A stretch of 64,000 bases of DNA from Barthelona sp. PCE (Eukaryota), in NCBI GenBank assembly GCA_040285745.1, contig JAUFOR010000002.1, positions 1,984,001 to 2,048,000 on the forward strand, read 5' to 3'. The translations under genes and the position numbers were made by a program. Below the pieces are notes generated by a model. The model was not told the DNA's origin, searched no databases, and was given only the letters and a program-made list of their open reading frames with translations. Below are positions 1-10,369 of the stretch, one piece after another. Position 1 is the stretch's first letter. Each line of letters opens with the position of its first letter.

Positions 1-525
1 TTCCTTGGTCTGGATATCGAGGGTTCCCTCAAGTGTAAGTTGATCATTCATATAACTCTCAGTTTTCTTACGGAAGGCATCGTTTTGATCCCTTAGCATT
101 GTGATCTGTAGTGCTTGGTCCTCTACAACGATTTCTTTTTCATGTACTTGTTGTTCTAGGTGAGTAACACGGGTACCCAGTTCACTTCTCTTCATCTTTT
201 CTAAATATCCTTTTAAAGTGCTCAGATGAACTTGGAACTCTGTCAATTTGGCCTCTTTAGCCTCCAAAGATGCTTTTAATTCCCTATTTTCATCAGTAAG
301 ACCGCGTAATAAGTGCGCATCGACGTTAGAATCCACTGATTCATTGAATAACTTTTGTCGAGGGGACATAAGAGATTTAGACATCCTTCGGCTGGATGTT
401 ATGGGGCTCAGTCGTCTCTCATCGTCATTATTTGTTGTAGGTGTCTCAAGCAAGTTTGCTGGTGTCCTTAAAAGTGGTGCAAATGCCCTTCGAACAGATA
501 CTGGAGTCGCTAAGCTGCTCGACAT
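1..525 (-). CDS. Partial coiled-coil protein (runs off the left edge)
   Basis: Manual translation from ATG at 525 is open to position 1: MSSSLATPVSVRRAF...ENRELKASLEAKEAKLTEFQ...LEQQVHEKE. S/T/P-rich N-terminus followed by heptad-like E/K/Q-rich sequence. Absent from the ORF track because it is truncated. Confidence 0.7.
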   Translation of the reverse strand, partial: MSSSLATPVSVRRAFAPLLRTPANLLETPTTNNDDERRLSPITSSRRMSKSLMSPRQKLFNESVDSNVDAHLLRGLTDENRELKASLEAKEAKLTEFQVHLSTLKGYLEKMKRSELGTRVTHLEQQVHEKEIVVEDQALQITMLRDQNDAFRKKTESYMNDQLTLEGTLDIQTKE

Positions 526-927
526 AATATTCAACCGTATAAATGATGGGAAAAAAGTTAAACATTCAAGTTTGTTTGAAGCAATTTTAGCAGCGTAGAA
601 ATAGTTTTTCAATCGTTTTGCATGACTAAGGCTGAAGTATTTCTTTCTTATACAATTTGAATGGAACACAGTCATTATAACTTAAAGTTTGATAGATTAT
701 GGTCATATGTATTGCTCGATTGAGGGAAAACAGCAAAGATCGGTGAGGTTTATTGGCTTTTTATAAATAAAGAGAAACGAAAGCTGTGGTGCCAGGCATG
801 TTCGAACTTTATAGAAAGGATAGTTAACTTGTCAAAATCCCGTGCTAAACTTCAATAAAGTAGATTTGAAGCGTTTAAAAACACTGTAATTGTATACTAT
901 GTTGTTGTATTGTTTTTTGCCCTTTTC

Positions 928-3867
928 ATGAACTTCTCACGTACAATAAGCACTGAGGGGCTCCCACCAAAGCTGCAGCGAACGCTGTCCGAGACACAGC
1001 AGCAGATTCGAAGGGAATTGTTAAGGAAAACACAGCTCTCCATTCCTCTTTGCTTAAACGTTTCAAATACATCATCAATTGTACTTCCAATGACACCAAA
1101 GTCGTACAAGAAAGCGCCGACTGTTGTAGATGGTGTTATTGTCTCAAAACCATACGCAGATCTGCTCAAAGCAGTTCCTGAAAGAGTTATGGAAATGCAA
1201 AGGGCGCGTATATTGGGCCACACTGCTGTTGAAAAGATTCATAAGGAGCTACCACAATTTTTGTTGGAATGGCGTAATGCTCGAATGGCTAAAAAGGAGA
1301 AGAAAGAACGACAGAGAATCAAAGTGCTCCGAGAAAACGACTGGGAGGCATACACAAAGATGGTACATGAACATAACTCACATAAGATTGCAGAATTTGT
1401 TGATAGAACAACCACATATATGGTTGAGTTGGCTAAGCGTATTATGTACCAAAGAAATGAAGATGTCAACGAAGAGGCGGTTAGACGTGACTTCCTTAAT
1501 GTTTTCTCTTCGTTACATCATCAAACAGAAAATGTTTATCAACCTAAACAATTTCCTGATGGTCTACAGTTGAAGAAATATCAATTAGAGGGTTTAGAAT
1601 TCCTCGTATCTTTACATAACAACGAGATCAGCGGTATCTTGGCTGATCAGATGGGGCTGGGTAAGACGATCCAGACGTTGGCTTTATGCGCATATCTTCA
1701 AGAGGCACATGATTTTACTGGTCCATATTTGATTTTAATGCCGAAATCAACATTGGCAAACTGGCAACGTGAAGCTCAGAAATGGGTGCCCAATCTAAGA
1801 GCATTGTTGTATCATGGTCAGAAGAAAGAGAGAGAAGAAATGGCTGAGAACATCATCAAACCCGGGAAATTTGATCTCCTATTTACAACATACAGGTTAT
1901 CGATCACAGATGAAGTCCTCAAGAAGGTTAAGTGGAAATACATCATTGTGGATGAAGGTCACAAGCTTAAGAATAAGGCAACTCAGCTCTTCAAAGGGTT
2001 GTTGTCGTATGGTGTTAAGCACCGCTTGCTATTGACAGGTACCCCGTTGCAGAACTCGGTAGACGAGTTGTGGAACCTCCTCAATTTCTTGCTACCTAAC
2101 GTCTTTAGAGATTTTACCAAGTTCGAAGAATTCTTTTCTGCTCCTTTCCAACAGAACGCAGAGCTCACCCCCGTGGAACAAGAGGAGATCATTATGCACC
2201 TGCACGTGCTTCTCAGACCGTTCCTTTTGAGAAGGACAAAGGATAACGTTAGGCTGGAGCTCCCGCAGAAATCAGAGCACGTTATGTTCTGCCCAATGTC
2301 TGCCTGGCAGCGGTTGTTATATGATCGTTATGTCAAGGATCAGCCGTACCGTTTCTTGGAGTCTGGGGCTACTCAGGCGCTTGGTACGAGTCACGTTGAT
2401 ATTGAGCTGCGTAAGGTAGCGCAACATCCATGGCTTATGTTCGAGCTAGGCATCGGGATGTATCACAACCCTCTGGACGACGCAATTTCGTCAGCAAACC
2501 TGGTGCGGGTTAGTGGTAAGTTCTTGATGCTTGATCGTGTTTTAGCAAAGTTACATGCAACAGGTCACCGTGTTCTTGTATTCTTTCAGTGGAAGGAGAC
2601 CCTTTTCTGGGTCGAACAATTAATGCAAATGCGCCGTTACAAATATCTTGTTATGCATGGTGATACTACAGCCGAACAACGTGAACAGTCAATTGATGAT
2701 TTCAATGATCCCAACTCAGAATACTTTGTGTACCTCCTCACCACGCGCACAGGTGGTCTTGGTGTTAATCTTCAGTCAGCCGACACTGTTATCATTTTCA
2801 ATTCTGATTGGAATCCGCAATCAGATCTACAGGCGCAGGACCGTGCTCATCGTATTGGTCAGACAAGGGAGGTGAAGGTTCTTCGTTTTGCAAGTATTGC
2901 GAGCGTGGAACAGCACCTATTAGAACGTATCAAATTCAGGTTGGAAGTTACTGATAAGGTTATATCAGCTGGTGGTTTTCATGAGATGAATTATGATGAC
3001 AAGGATGTTACCGAATCGAAGCAGAAGCTCAGGTCTATGATCAACCAAGGTAAACATGGTTTTGATCTGGCGGACCCAATGTCTGATAAAGATATGAACG
3101 ATTTGTTAACACGTGGGGAAGGTGAAGTTTCTGTGTTTGAGGATATTGACAAGCAGCTCGATGAGGAGTTGGAGGGATACCTGTCTAAAACGGGTGTACA
3201 AGTGCCTACAGATGAAGACCGGTTCAAGGAGCTCCGTTTGATCAGTATGAATGAGCTTCCTGACTTTGTGGTCAATCCGCCGGTGTTTAAGCACGCCATG
3301 GACATCCCCGAGACCAGACAGAGGAGGCGTGTCGTTACGAACGCAAGATTTGCTGATGATATGAATAATGCTCAATTTATGCAGTATTGTCGTGATTCTA
3401 AGAGAGGAGGAAATGTCACTCCTGTTCCTTCAGAAACAGGTGTCCGCGCCAAGGAGTCAATTTTGACTGTGAACTCCATTGCTACACCGTTTGAGCGTAT
3501 TGTTACCCCTCGTCCCGAAGAACCATTTTCGGTAAAGACAGCAATGCATTGGTTTTCGGTACTCAAGAGCCTCAAGAAGGACGTAGATGGGCGTTCAAGT
3601 GAAGGTAGACATTCGGATTCATTTTTTGAGCTTCCTAGTGTTAATGAACACCCACGTTTTTATAATGTTGTTCAATCACCAATTTGTTTAACAGATATTA
3701 AGAAAAAGATTGTAGATGAGGAGTATGAATCAATTCAAGCCTTTTTAGATGATATGCAGTTATGTTTCAATTCATACTTGGTTTATTTCGAGCCAAACAG
3801 TGAGATAGGTCATTCAGCCACTACGCTCTTGCATCATCTACAGTTCTTGGTCAAGGAAAATCTTTAA
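928..3867 (+). CDS. SNF2: SWI2/SNF2 chromatin-remodelling ATPase, SNF2/BRM-like architecture with C-terminal bromodomain
   Basis: GILADQMGLGKT, IVDEGH, LLTGTPLQN, QAQDRAHRIGQ. Post-HSA-like ERQRIKVLRENDWEAY, SnAC-like RLISMNELPDFV and a bromodomain-like C-terminus. First ATG at 928. Confidence 0.92.
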   Translation: MNFSRTISTEGLPPKLQRTLSETQQQIRRELLRKTQLSIPLCLNVSNTSSIVLPMTPKSYKKAPTVVDGVIVSKPYADLLKAVPERVMEMQRARILGHTAVEKIHKELPQFLLEWRNARMAKKEKKERQRIKVLRENDWEAYTKMVHEHNSHKIAEFVDRTTTYMVELAKRIMYQRNEDVNEEAVRRDFLNVFSSLHHQTENVYQPKQFPDGLQLKKYQLEGLEFLVSLHNNEISGILADQMGLGKTIQTLALCAYLQEAHDFTGPYLILMPKSTLANWQREAQKWVPNLRALLYHGQKKEREEMAENIIKPGKFDLLFTTYRLSITDEVLKKVKWKYIIVDEGHKLKNKATQLFKGLLSYGVKHRLLLTGTPLQNSVDELWNLLNFLLPNVFRDFTKFEEFFSAPFQQNAELTPVEQEEIIMHLHVLLRPFLLRRTKDNVRLELPQKSEHVMFCPMSAWQRLLYDRYVKDQPYRFLESGATQALGTSHVDIELRKVAQHPWLMFELGIGMYHNPLDDAISSANLVRVSGKFLMLDRVLAKLHATGHRVLVFFQWKETLFWVEQLMQMRRYKYLVMHGDTTAEQREQSIDDFNDPNSEYFVYLLTTRTGGLGVNLQSADTVIIFNSDWNPQSDLQAQDRAHRIGQTREVKVLRFASIASVEQHLLERIKFRLEVTDKVISAGGFHEMNYDDKDVTESKQKLRSMINQGKHGFDLADPMSDKDMNDLLTRGEGEVSVFEDIDKQLDEELEGYLSKTGVQVPTDEDRFKELRLISMNELPDFVVNPPVFKHAMDIPETRQRRRVVTNARFADDMNNAQFMQYCRDSKRGGNVTPVPSETGVRAKESILTVNSIATPFERIVTPRPEEPFSVKTAMHWFSVLKSLKKDVDGRSSEGRHSDSFFELPSVNEHPRFYNVVQSPICLTDIKKKIVDEEYESIQAFLDDMQLCFNSYLVYFEPNSEIGHSATTLLHHLQFLVKENL

Positions 3868-4034
3868 TAAAGAAACATTTTATTGCCAGCATATTTGAGA
3901 TCTTTTCTATGAAACGTTATATTCACTATTTACATCACGTTACTTGTGATGCGCATATTTTACTTGCTTAGAGCAAATATTCAGTTGATAATTTGCCACC
4001 AAAAATCTTGCTTTACTTTTTTTACACGTAACGC

Positions 4035-4943
4035 ATGACATTAGTACCAGAATTGCCTTTTGTGGTTGTGGGCAGCTACGAACCTTATGTTACAGGGCTT
4101 CAAATTACCGAAAACAGTGAACTAAAGCAGGTGTTTCAGCATCCTGCTCATTTAACGAGTGTGCGTACTCTCAGTGCGCACGGCAGATATATGGCCACTG
4201 GGTCAACAGATGAGCACATAAAAATTATTGATCTTCGCAAATTGAAGGAGACAGTAGATTTATATGAGCATGAAATGGATATCTCATGTGTACGTTTCGC
4301 AGGAAAGGAAACCCTTATCTCCTCAGACATCTCAGGAGTCGTCGTCATCTGGAGAACAAATGATTGGTCAGTATTACACAGTATGCGTCATGATCATCCT
4401 GTTGTTGATTTTACACTACACCCTTCTCATAGATTACTTATGACTCTCACGTCAAATTGGGAGCTGTGTATCTGGGACCTCATCAAGGGACGTCTGGCAT
4501 TGAAGAGGAAGTTAGACAAGGAAGAACTTTTTGAGGAGATAAAAATCGCAAAGAGACCAGAGCCGACAGCCATTGCTTTCGATCCTTCCGGGTCATACTA
4601 CGCCGTACACCTGCGCCACAAGGTTCTCATTTACAGCGCAAGTGGAGAGGGGGAAATTGTCGATCAGGTAGAATTACCTGCTAAATCCAACTGCTTTACA
4701 TGGTTTGGACGTCATCTACTTATTGGATTAAACGATGGACGTGTTGTAGACATGGACCTTGACACATTCACACAGATGAGGGGTCGTGTTAAATCTTTCT
4801 CTCAAGTCGGAAACTACATTAGTATATGTTCTAGTACTGGTCAAATTCAGGTTTTTGCCAGTGATGAAGATGGTATCGATTTTGTATGTGAGGGTGAGGT
4901 GGAATCCCGTCCTATTTGCTGTTGCATTCACGTTCTGGAATAA
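4035..4943 (+). CDS. MAK11: WD40 protein, MAK11/PAK1IP1-like (60S biogenesis)
   Basis: VVGSYE...AHLTSVRTLSAHGRYMATGSTDEHIKIIDL and FTLHPSHRLLMT match the Mak11/PAK1IP1 N-terminal WD repeats. Confidence 0.8.
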   Translation: MTLVPELPFVVVGSYEPYVTGLQITENSELKQVFQHPAHLTSVRTLSAHGRYMATGSTDEHIKIIDLRKLKETVDLYEHEMDISCVRFAGKETLISSDISGVVVIWRTNDWSVLHSMRHDHPVVDFTLHPSHRLLMTLTSNWELCIWDLIKGRLALKRKLDKEELFEEIKIAKRPEPTAIAFDPSGSYYAVHLRHKVLIYSASGEGEIVDQVELPAKSNCFTWFGRHLLIGLNDGRVVDMDLDTFTQMRGRVKSFSQVGNYISICSSTGQIQVFASDEDGIDFVCEGEVESRPICCCIHVLE

Positions 4944-4961
4944 CTTTTTCTGAATAATAAT

Positions 4962-5465
4962 CTATTGAATAAAGGTATATTGATGTGTTTTAGGTTGTGT
5001 CATGAGTGAATGCTTACGTTGAGCAAGTAACCGCTCTTCATCCGTTATTTCGGTCATGTCTAACATTTTGAGATTATGAAGCTGGGAAACAATATACAAT
5101 CTGTAATCTAATCTTTCTTGCTGATTTGAGCTAAAAGCTTGACAGCAAGGAGACATAAGCAGACTGAGCTCCTCTAACTTTGGAAAACATCTCTGGATTT
5201 TTCGAATAAAAAGTTGTATGTTAGAGATGCAACAATGATTGCATGAAAAAACTCGAAGCTCGGGAAGATATGGAATTGATGATTGCTCTGTGAGACTGTT
5301 ATGGTCGAATATGAGCACCTGTAGGTTGGTGAGCGCCCCTAAACTCAAGAAATCAACAATGTTGTTATCTGTCAAATCTAGATGTTCAATGACCTGCGTT
5401 TTTGTGATATTTGGAACCATTCGCATGCCCATGCCCACGTACTGAGCCCTAGATCCCCGTTTCAT
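4962..5465 (-). CDS. Short leucine-rich repeat protein, LRMDA/U2A'-like with LRRcap
   Basis: LDLTDNNI, LIFDHNSL, PKLEELSLL and cap YRLYIVSQLHNLKMLD...ITDEER. ATG at 5465 follows a T-rich leader. Confidence 0.75.
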   Translation of the reverse strand: MKRGSRAQYVGMGMRMVPNITKTQVIEHLDLTDNNIVDFLSLGALTNLQVLIFDHNSLTEQSSIPYLPELRVFSCNHCCISNIQLFIRKIQRCFPKLEELSLLMSPCCQAFSSNQQERLDYRLYIVSQLHNLKMLDMTEITDEERLLAQRKHSLMTQPKTHQYTFIQ

Positions 5466-5517
5466 TGTTGTAGAACGAAAAAAAAAAACAAAAACAAAAA
5501 AATCTTTACTATTGTGA

Positions 5518-6588
5518 CTACGGAATAGTTTCAAGTGAGAAGTTGCATGGGTCCCAGTTGTCCATGATTTCTAGCATCTCTTCAGTTGCATGCTCTTCAA
5601 TCATTGGAGTTATGCGCTTTACCTCACTAATTAGATGTTTTATGGTACCGCAAACATCATCAAAACCTTCCTGTCCCCACCACTGTGTCTTGTTCGCGTA
5701 CAGGCAACGACCTGTACAGATTTCACGAACATCACAGGAATTGCATGGTTCGCCAACCTCAACATGAGGCACTGTTTGTGGTTCATGTGTATCAATATGC
5801 CCAAGTTGATTCCAGCGATCATCCCACGATACAGGACATCCAATAATTTGTCCCTTAGTTCCAATTGAAAATGAGTTCCACCCCACGCCACAGAGCAGTT
5901 CTCTTCTTGGTCTTTTGATTGATTGATATACACCAATGAACGGGACTACACCACGGAAACGGCCTTCCTTCATCTCTTCAATGAACCAGTCTGCTAATTG
6001 TGTAATTTTTTCATTATAGCTTCGCTTCCATTCGTCAAAATTCGGATGTGTGATGTCTTTCTCGGTGTCCCACTGTACATCCAACTGCCAATGAACAAAT
6101 TGGAATGGAATTGAACCTGAAAAAAGACTGGTGACATCGAGAAAAATATCAGAATCTTGATGTACGGTCATACGCGCAACAAGATGACCAGCAAACCCCC
6201 TGTTGACAACGTCCATGACATTTTCTTCTACCTTCTCAAAGACACCCTTTCCACGACGAGCGTTGGTGATATCTGGACGACCATCAAGTGAAACGAGTAG
6301 TGCATCCACTCGGTCAAATGTGGCTGCTGGTAGTCTATGAATAAGTGTACCATTAGTTTGGAAAACAAACTTTGCCGGTATTTCAGCCATTACTTCCAAC
6401 ACAAAAGTGTGGTTCAGAAGCGGCTCTCCCCCATAGAAGCAGATGGTCGGGTCAGGATCCTTATCAATGAATTTTTTGAGATCCTGAACAGTGAACTCCA
6501 GATCTGCTGGCATGGCGGTGGTAGGAGCATTTCCGCAGTATGTGCACTGTAAGTTACACCTGCTAGTGGTAAAAACAAACCAAAGCAT
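5518..6588 (-). CDS. Radical SAM/SPASM domain protein resembling the archaeal-type AF0577 (TIGR04084) family
   Basis: CNLQCTYC (CxxxCxxC), FYGGEPLL, QTNGTL, VSLDG, HWQLD. SPASM cysteines LLCG...GCP...CNSC...ICTGRC...VC. C-terminal ETIP. Confidence 0.88.
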   Translation of the reverse strand: MLWFVFTTSRCNLQCTYCGNAPTTAMPADLEFTVQDLKKFIDKDPDPTICFYGGEPLLNHTFVLEVMAEIPAKFVFQTNGTLIHRLPAATFDRVDALLVSLDGRPDITNARRGKGVFEKVEENVMDVVNRGFAGHLVARMTVHQDSDIFLDVTSLFSGSIPFQFVHWQLDVQWDTEKDITHPNFDEWKRSYNEKITQLADWFIEEMKEGRFRGVVPFIGVYQSIKRPRRELLCGVGWNSFSIGTKGQIIGCPVSWDDRWNQLGHIDTHEPQTVPHVEVGEPCNSCDVREICTGRCLYANKTQWWGQEGFDDVCGTIKHLISEVKRITPMIEEHATEEMLEIMDNWDPCNFSLETIP

Positions 6589-6792
6589 GAATGAGATGGA
6601 TGATAAAAGCTCAATGAAAAAATTTTGTTACATTGAGCAGGTGGCTTTGTTTTACTTTGTTAAACTGATTGGAAGCAGCTCAATACATCCATAAGCGAAA
6701 CTGAGCAGTTAGAAATAAATGCTATTTTATTTTCGCAGGTACTGTTTGTTGCCGATAACAACTTATAATTAAAACAGTAAAATAGAAAATGA

Positions 6793-9700
6793 TTAAATGG
6801 GTTTAGCTGCGTATTGCTTCATCAGCTTTGTTGCTTTTTCATCATATGCCGGCCACTCTGCAATGAAGTCTACTGCCTGTTTCAACTTTGAACGCTTTGT
6901 CTTTGGATTGTTACACAAATCAATAACATTTGCTTTGCTTTTTTCATCCTCAGCGCACCAAGATTCGCACCATAGCCAATTTGAAGGCAGTGTTCCTACC
7001 TTTAACTGATTCTGAGGATAGTTTAAAAGATCTTGATCGAGATTACTGAGTGAGTCTTTGGATCCAGCCATTGATTGATAAACTTCTCTTAGATGACCAG
7101 AAGCCTGCTGTTTAAGCTGTATAATATCCATCAGGAATAAAGCACTGATGTGATATGGCTTGTTACCCAAATGACTGCGCCAATAACCCGTTTTCCAAAA
7201 TCGAAAGTTTTCCATATCAGGCGCCGTATCACAAAACGCAGTCATTGCGTATACGTTCTTCTTAAGATCATACGTCATAAGATTATGCATATCAGTACGC
7301 ATAACTTGATCAGCGTCAACAAAGATCATTCGTGTTACTTCCTCCGGGAAAAGAACATCTAGGAAAAGCACCTTATACGCCCACATAATACGATGCTTTT
7401 GGTGCTGTCTTATCATGAACGATGGCCAGTTATAGCTGACAAGCGTGATCTCAAACCCCAATTTTTCAGATGCGGTATACAAGAAGTTGCGCATTTCACT
7501 TGTAAGATATTCATCAAGGAAGAAAAAGTGCACAGGCTGCTTGGTCTGGCTTAAGACAGACTGGATCATGACCCTCAGTAATCTTTCATATAATCGACCA
7601 CTAGCGATACTGAATATGTTCACGGTCTGCTGCTTTCGAGGAGCGTACACATGTTTTTCTGTTTTATGGTCAGTGATTTCTACGGTGAGATCAATGGTGG
7701 GACCGCTCCACCTGTTAAACATATGATTGTCGGAAACAAGTGGGGCGAATTTCCGTGAATTGTATTCATACTTCGGGTTGAGCTTGATGTTCACAAGACC
7801 AGGTTGAGTTTCCAATTGATAATATCCTTTGTAATTGAGCGAGCGTGTTGTATACTTCTTTCCATTCTGTAAATTATAAAGGGGAACACCGGAAAGTAAA
7901 CCACCTTCTCCATCTGCAATACTACCCTCCACGACAAACGCACGTACTGTCCACTCTATGAGCGCCACGGAAATACCATTGGCGCTGCTATTTGTGGTCA
8001 AAAACACATTGTCAAGATCGGAGTTTTCAAAGTAAGCCACACATTTCCACGAAGGGTTTGCCACAAGTTTTGATGAGAACAACTTTCTCTCTGGAAGTTG
8101 AATGGCGACTGGGGCAGGTTCAAACGCATACATGAAGAAATCATTGTACACATCAACGTCTGTGGAAACAAATCCAATTCGGAATTCAATTCCAAAATGT
8201 GAGGCTAGCTTCACAGCAAGGCACATGGCGCGGTATCCATCGGCAGTCATCGGGTCCACACTGAGTAATGGTGTAAAACCACTGTTGGCGGGGAACTTGG
8301 AATACAAAACTTTATCGGCCTGAAGGAAAATACTAAATGGAGCAGCCGCTGAAACAACCTTGGGATCATTGGCGACCGCAAACATCTGGTATGTGTATCT
8401 CTCCTCTGGTTTTGAAAGATAGGCTGAACGAGCTGGTTTAGGGTGCTCATCGTTGAAGATTTTTAATATTTGATTCAACTGCTCTGTTGAGTATGTATTT
8501 GCATCGTCCATCAGATGGTTCACAATCAGTAATGGTGCATCTCCCTCACAATGAATATGGAACCCAGCATTAACAGATATATCAGAAACGTTAAATTCCT
8601 GATTACAGTAAATAACTTCAATTTTGCTTGCTACTTCACCCTTCTTCAGGGAGTGTAAATCGTTGTAAATCTCGATGGGGACACGTTTTGGCTGAAACAG
8701 AATGGGATAGGAGACATCCACCGTCGTATACAGACTGGCAACAATTTCTGGATATGTTGCATGCAAAGCTGCGTTCCTGCGGATGGTGCTTACCTGCCTC
8801 AGTAAAACATTGTACGATTGTCTAATATCATCCAGTTTGTATCCATTGACAAAGAACCCACTCTCAATATTCATCTTTTCAACCTGTTTATACTGTTTTT
8901 GCACAGCAGATAGGGGTTTTTTAGCGGCACGAATGGTGCCAGGGACTCTCCCCTTCAGCATGACCTCACATTGCATACCCTGCATCATCCAATTACGCAT
9001 CATGCCCAATATTCCTTCAGGTTTTGCCGCAGCTATGCATTGGAACCATTCTTCTCTGATATCGATAGGGGTACCGAACATGATACCGAAGCGAACTGGC
9101 TGTCGATAGTGGGTTAACTCGGCTACTTGATTCATGAACTGACACAGACCCTTCCTACTGTTGATGACCGAAATAACGTTATACACGTTTGCTCGGATTT
9201 GTGGGAGCACACGCATGTACCCGTTGGTATTCAATTGCTCCCAACTGGTTGCATATCCGGAATACTGCATGTCCGTTACGATATTGTTAATAAAAAAAAT
9301 ACTGTCTTGTGGGATTGAAAGTCCAGCCTTCAGTTCTGTAGGTTGAGGTCTGTATGTATGAAAACCATTTTTAACGTAAGCCTGCACCTTCTGCAGTGCT
9401 TGCATCATGTCAAACATTTTGTCTTGTGTGAAATGACTGATATCCATTTGGTTACCTCCCATTATAGCTGTTTGCTGATGACCAATATACTGGTTCGAAG
9501 GTGCCTCCCTCTTAATCCTATCTGCCATGAATGGAAGGGATCCCAGTACTTCAGCTACACCCATGCCATCAAGGTTAAGTCCACGAATAAAACTCAAAGT
9601 TTTTTTGATAAAAAGTGGTCGTTCACCAGATAGTGGTGTGAAACGAGACTTAGACTCGTCAGTAAAATAGTTGTGCGTGCGGTTGATGACCGTCCTCCCA

Positions 9701-10242
9701 GTGAACGGGAACATTGGTAGACTGTCGAATGTTGTATACTCACTGTTTCTATATATGAAACTAATTGCGTAGTCTGATAGCACGATGGTGTTGGTCTTCA
9801 GAGGTACATAAAGGAATTTGCTGAAGTGGAGGCACTCAAAGCCGCTACATCTACCCACGGGCCCTCTTTCATTCGGTAAAGTCAATATTGCAGCAGATGG
9901 CAGCAGGTTAAATGGTGTGTTACTGAGTGAATGGAAACTCTCGCACTGTACTGCGTAAATATTATGCTTGTGTGCGAATTCCCAGTGTGGAATCCAGTTG
10001 ACAGGCAGTATTGTTGGAATAACAAGTAAAAGAATCTCTTCATTCGGCACTTTTGTTAATTTAGACATTTGATCAGCCCCAATTGTAATTCTCTTATCAG
10101 ATATAAAGGATAGAAACTCACATAAATCGTCTGTATGTAATTTGTTACTATGTAAAGCCCCAACAACTCCTGTTGTTTGTGCATATCCCACAGAATTGAT
10201 GAGTAAAAGCCCGATGAGCCATACCATGCAGATATTTATCAT
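6793..10242 (-). CDS. UGGT: UDP-glucose:glycoprotein glucosyltransferase
   Basis: GT24 domain VNIFSIASGRLYERLL, YKVLFLDVLFP, FVDADQ, LSNLDQDLLN, WLWCESWC, IDLCNNPKTK. Signal-peptide-like N-terminus from ATG 10242 or 10227; the longer track start overlaps the next gene. Confidence 0.92.
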   Translation of the reverse strand: MINICMVWLIGLLLINSVGYAQTTGVVGALHSNKLHTDDLCEFLSFISDKRITIGADQMSKLTKVPNEEILLLVIPTILPVNWIPHWEFAHKHNIYAVQCESFHSLSNTPFNLLPSAAILTLPNERGPVGRCSGFECLHFSKFLYVPLKTNTIVLSDYAISFIYRNSEYTTFDSLPMFPFTGRTVINRTHNYFTDESKSRFTPLSGERPLFIKKTLSFIRGLNLDGMGVAEVLGSLPFMADRIKREAPSNQYIGHQQTAIMGGNQMDISHFTQDKMFDMMQALQKVQAYVKNGFHTYRPQPTELKAGLSIPQDSIFFINNIVTDMQYSGYATSWEQLNTNGYMRVLPQIRANVYNVISVINSRKGLCQFMNQVAELTHYRQPVRFGIMFGTPIDIREEWFQCIAAAKPEGILGMMRNWMMQGMQCEVMLKGRVPGTIRAAKKPLSAVQKQYKQVEKMNIESGFFVNGYKLDDIRQSYNVLLRQVSTIRRNAALHATYPEIVASLYTTVDVSYPILFQPKRVPIEIYNDLHSLKKGEVASKIEVIYCNQEFNVSDISVNAGFHIHCEGDAPLLIVNHLMDDANTYSTEQLNQILKIFNDEHPKPARSAYLSKPEERYTYQMFAVANDPKVVSAAAPFSIFLQADKVLYSKFPANSGFTPLLSVDPMTADGYRAMCLAVKLASHFGIEFRIGFVSTDVDVYNDFFMYAFEPAPVAIQLPERKLFSSKLVANPSWKCVAYFENSDLDNVFLTTNSSANGISVALIEWTVRAFVVEGSIADGEGGLLSGVPLYNLQNGKKYTTRSLNYKGYYQLETQPGLVNIKLNPKYEYNSRKFAPLVSDNHMFNRWSGPTIDLTVEITDHKTEKHVYAPRKQQTVNIFSIASGRLYERLLRVMIQSVLSQTKQPVHFFFLDEYLTSEMRNFLYTASEKLGFEITLVSYNWPSFMIRQHQKHRIMWAYKVLFLDVLFPEEVTRMIFVDADQVMRTDMHNLMTYDLKKNVYAMTAFCDTAPDMENFRFWKTGYWRSHLGNKPYHISALFLMDIIQLKQQASGHLREVYQSMAGSKDSLSNLDQDLLNYPQNQLKVGTLPSNWLWCESWCAEDEKSKANVIDLCNNPKTKRSKLKQAVDFIAEWPAYDEKATKLMKQYAAKPI

Positions 10243-10369
10243 TGTAAAAATAAGGAAAAATGGAGATAACAAAAAACATGATTTTTTTACACTAATCACA
10301 ATACTGATTAATAATAGACTTTTAATACTAAAACACACTGATAATGTTTCTTGAACACCCGTAATACAC

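Noticed and set aside
1635-1670. ADQMGLGKT suggesting a DDM1/LSH-type remodeller
   Set aside because: The post-HSA, SnAC-like and bromodomain segments fit the SNF2/BRM architecture.
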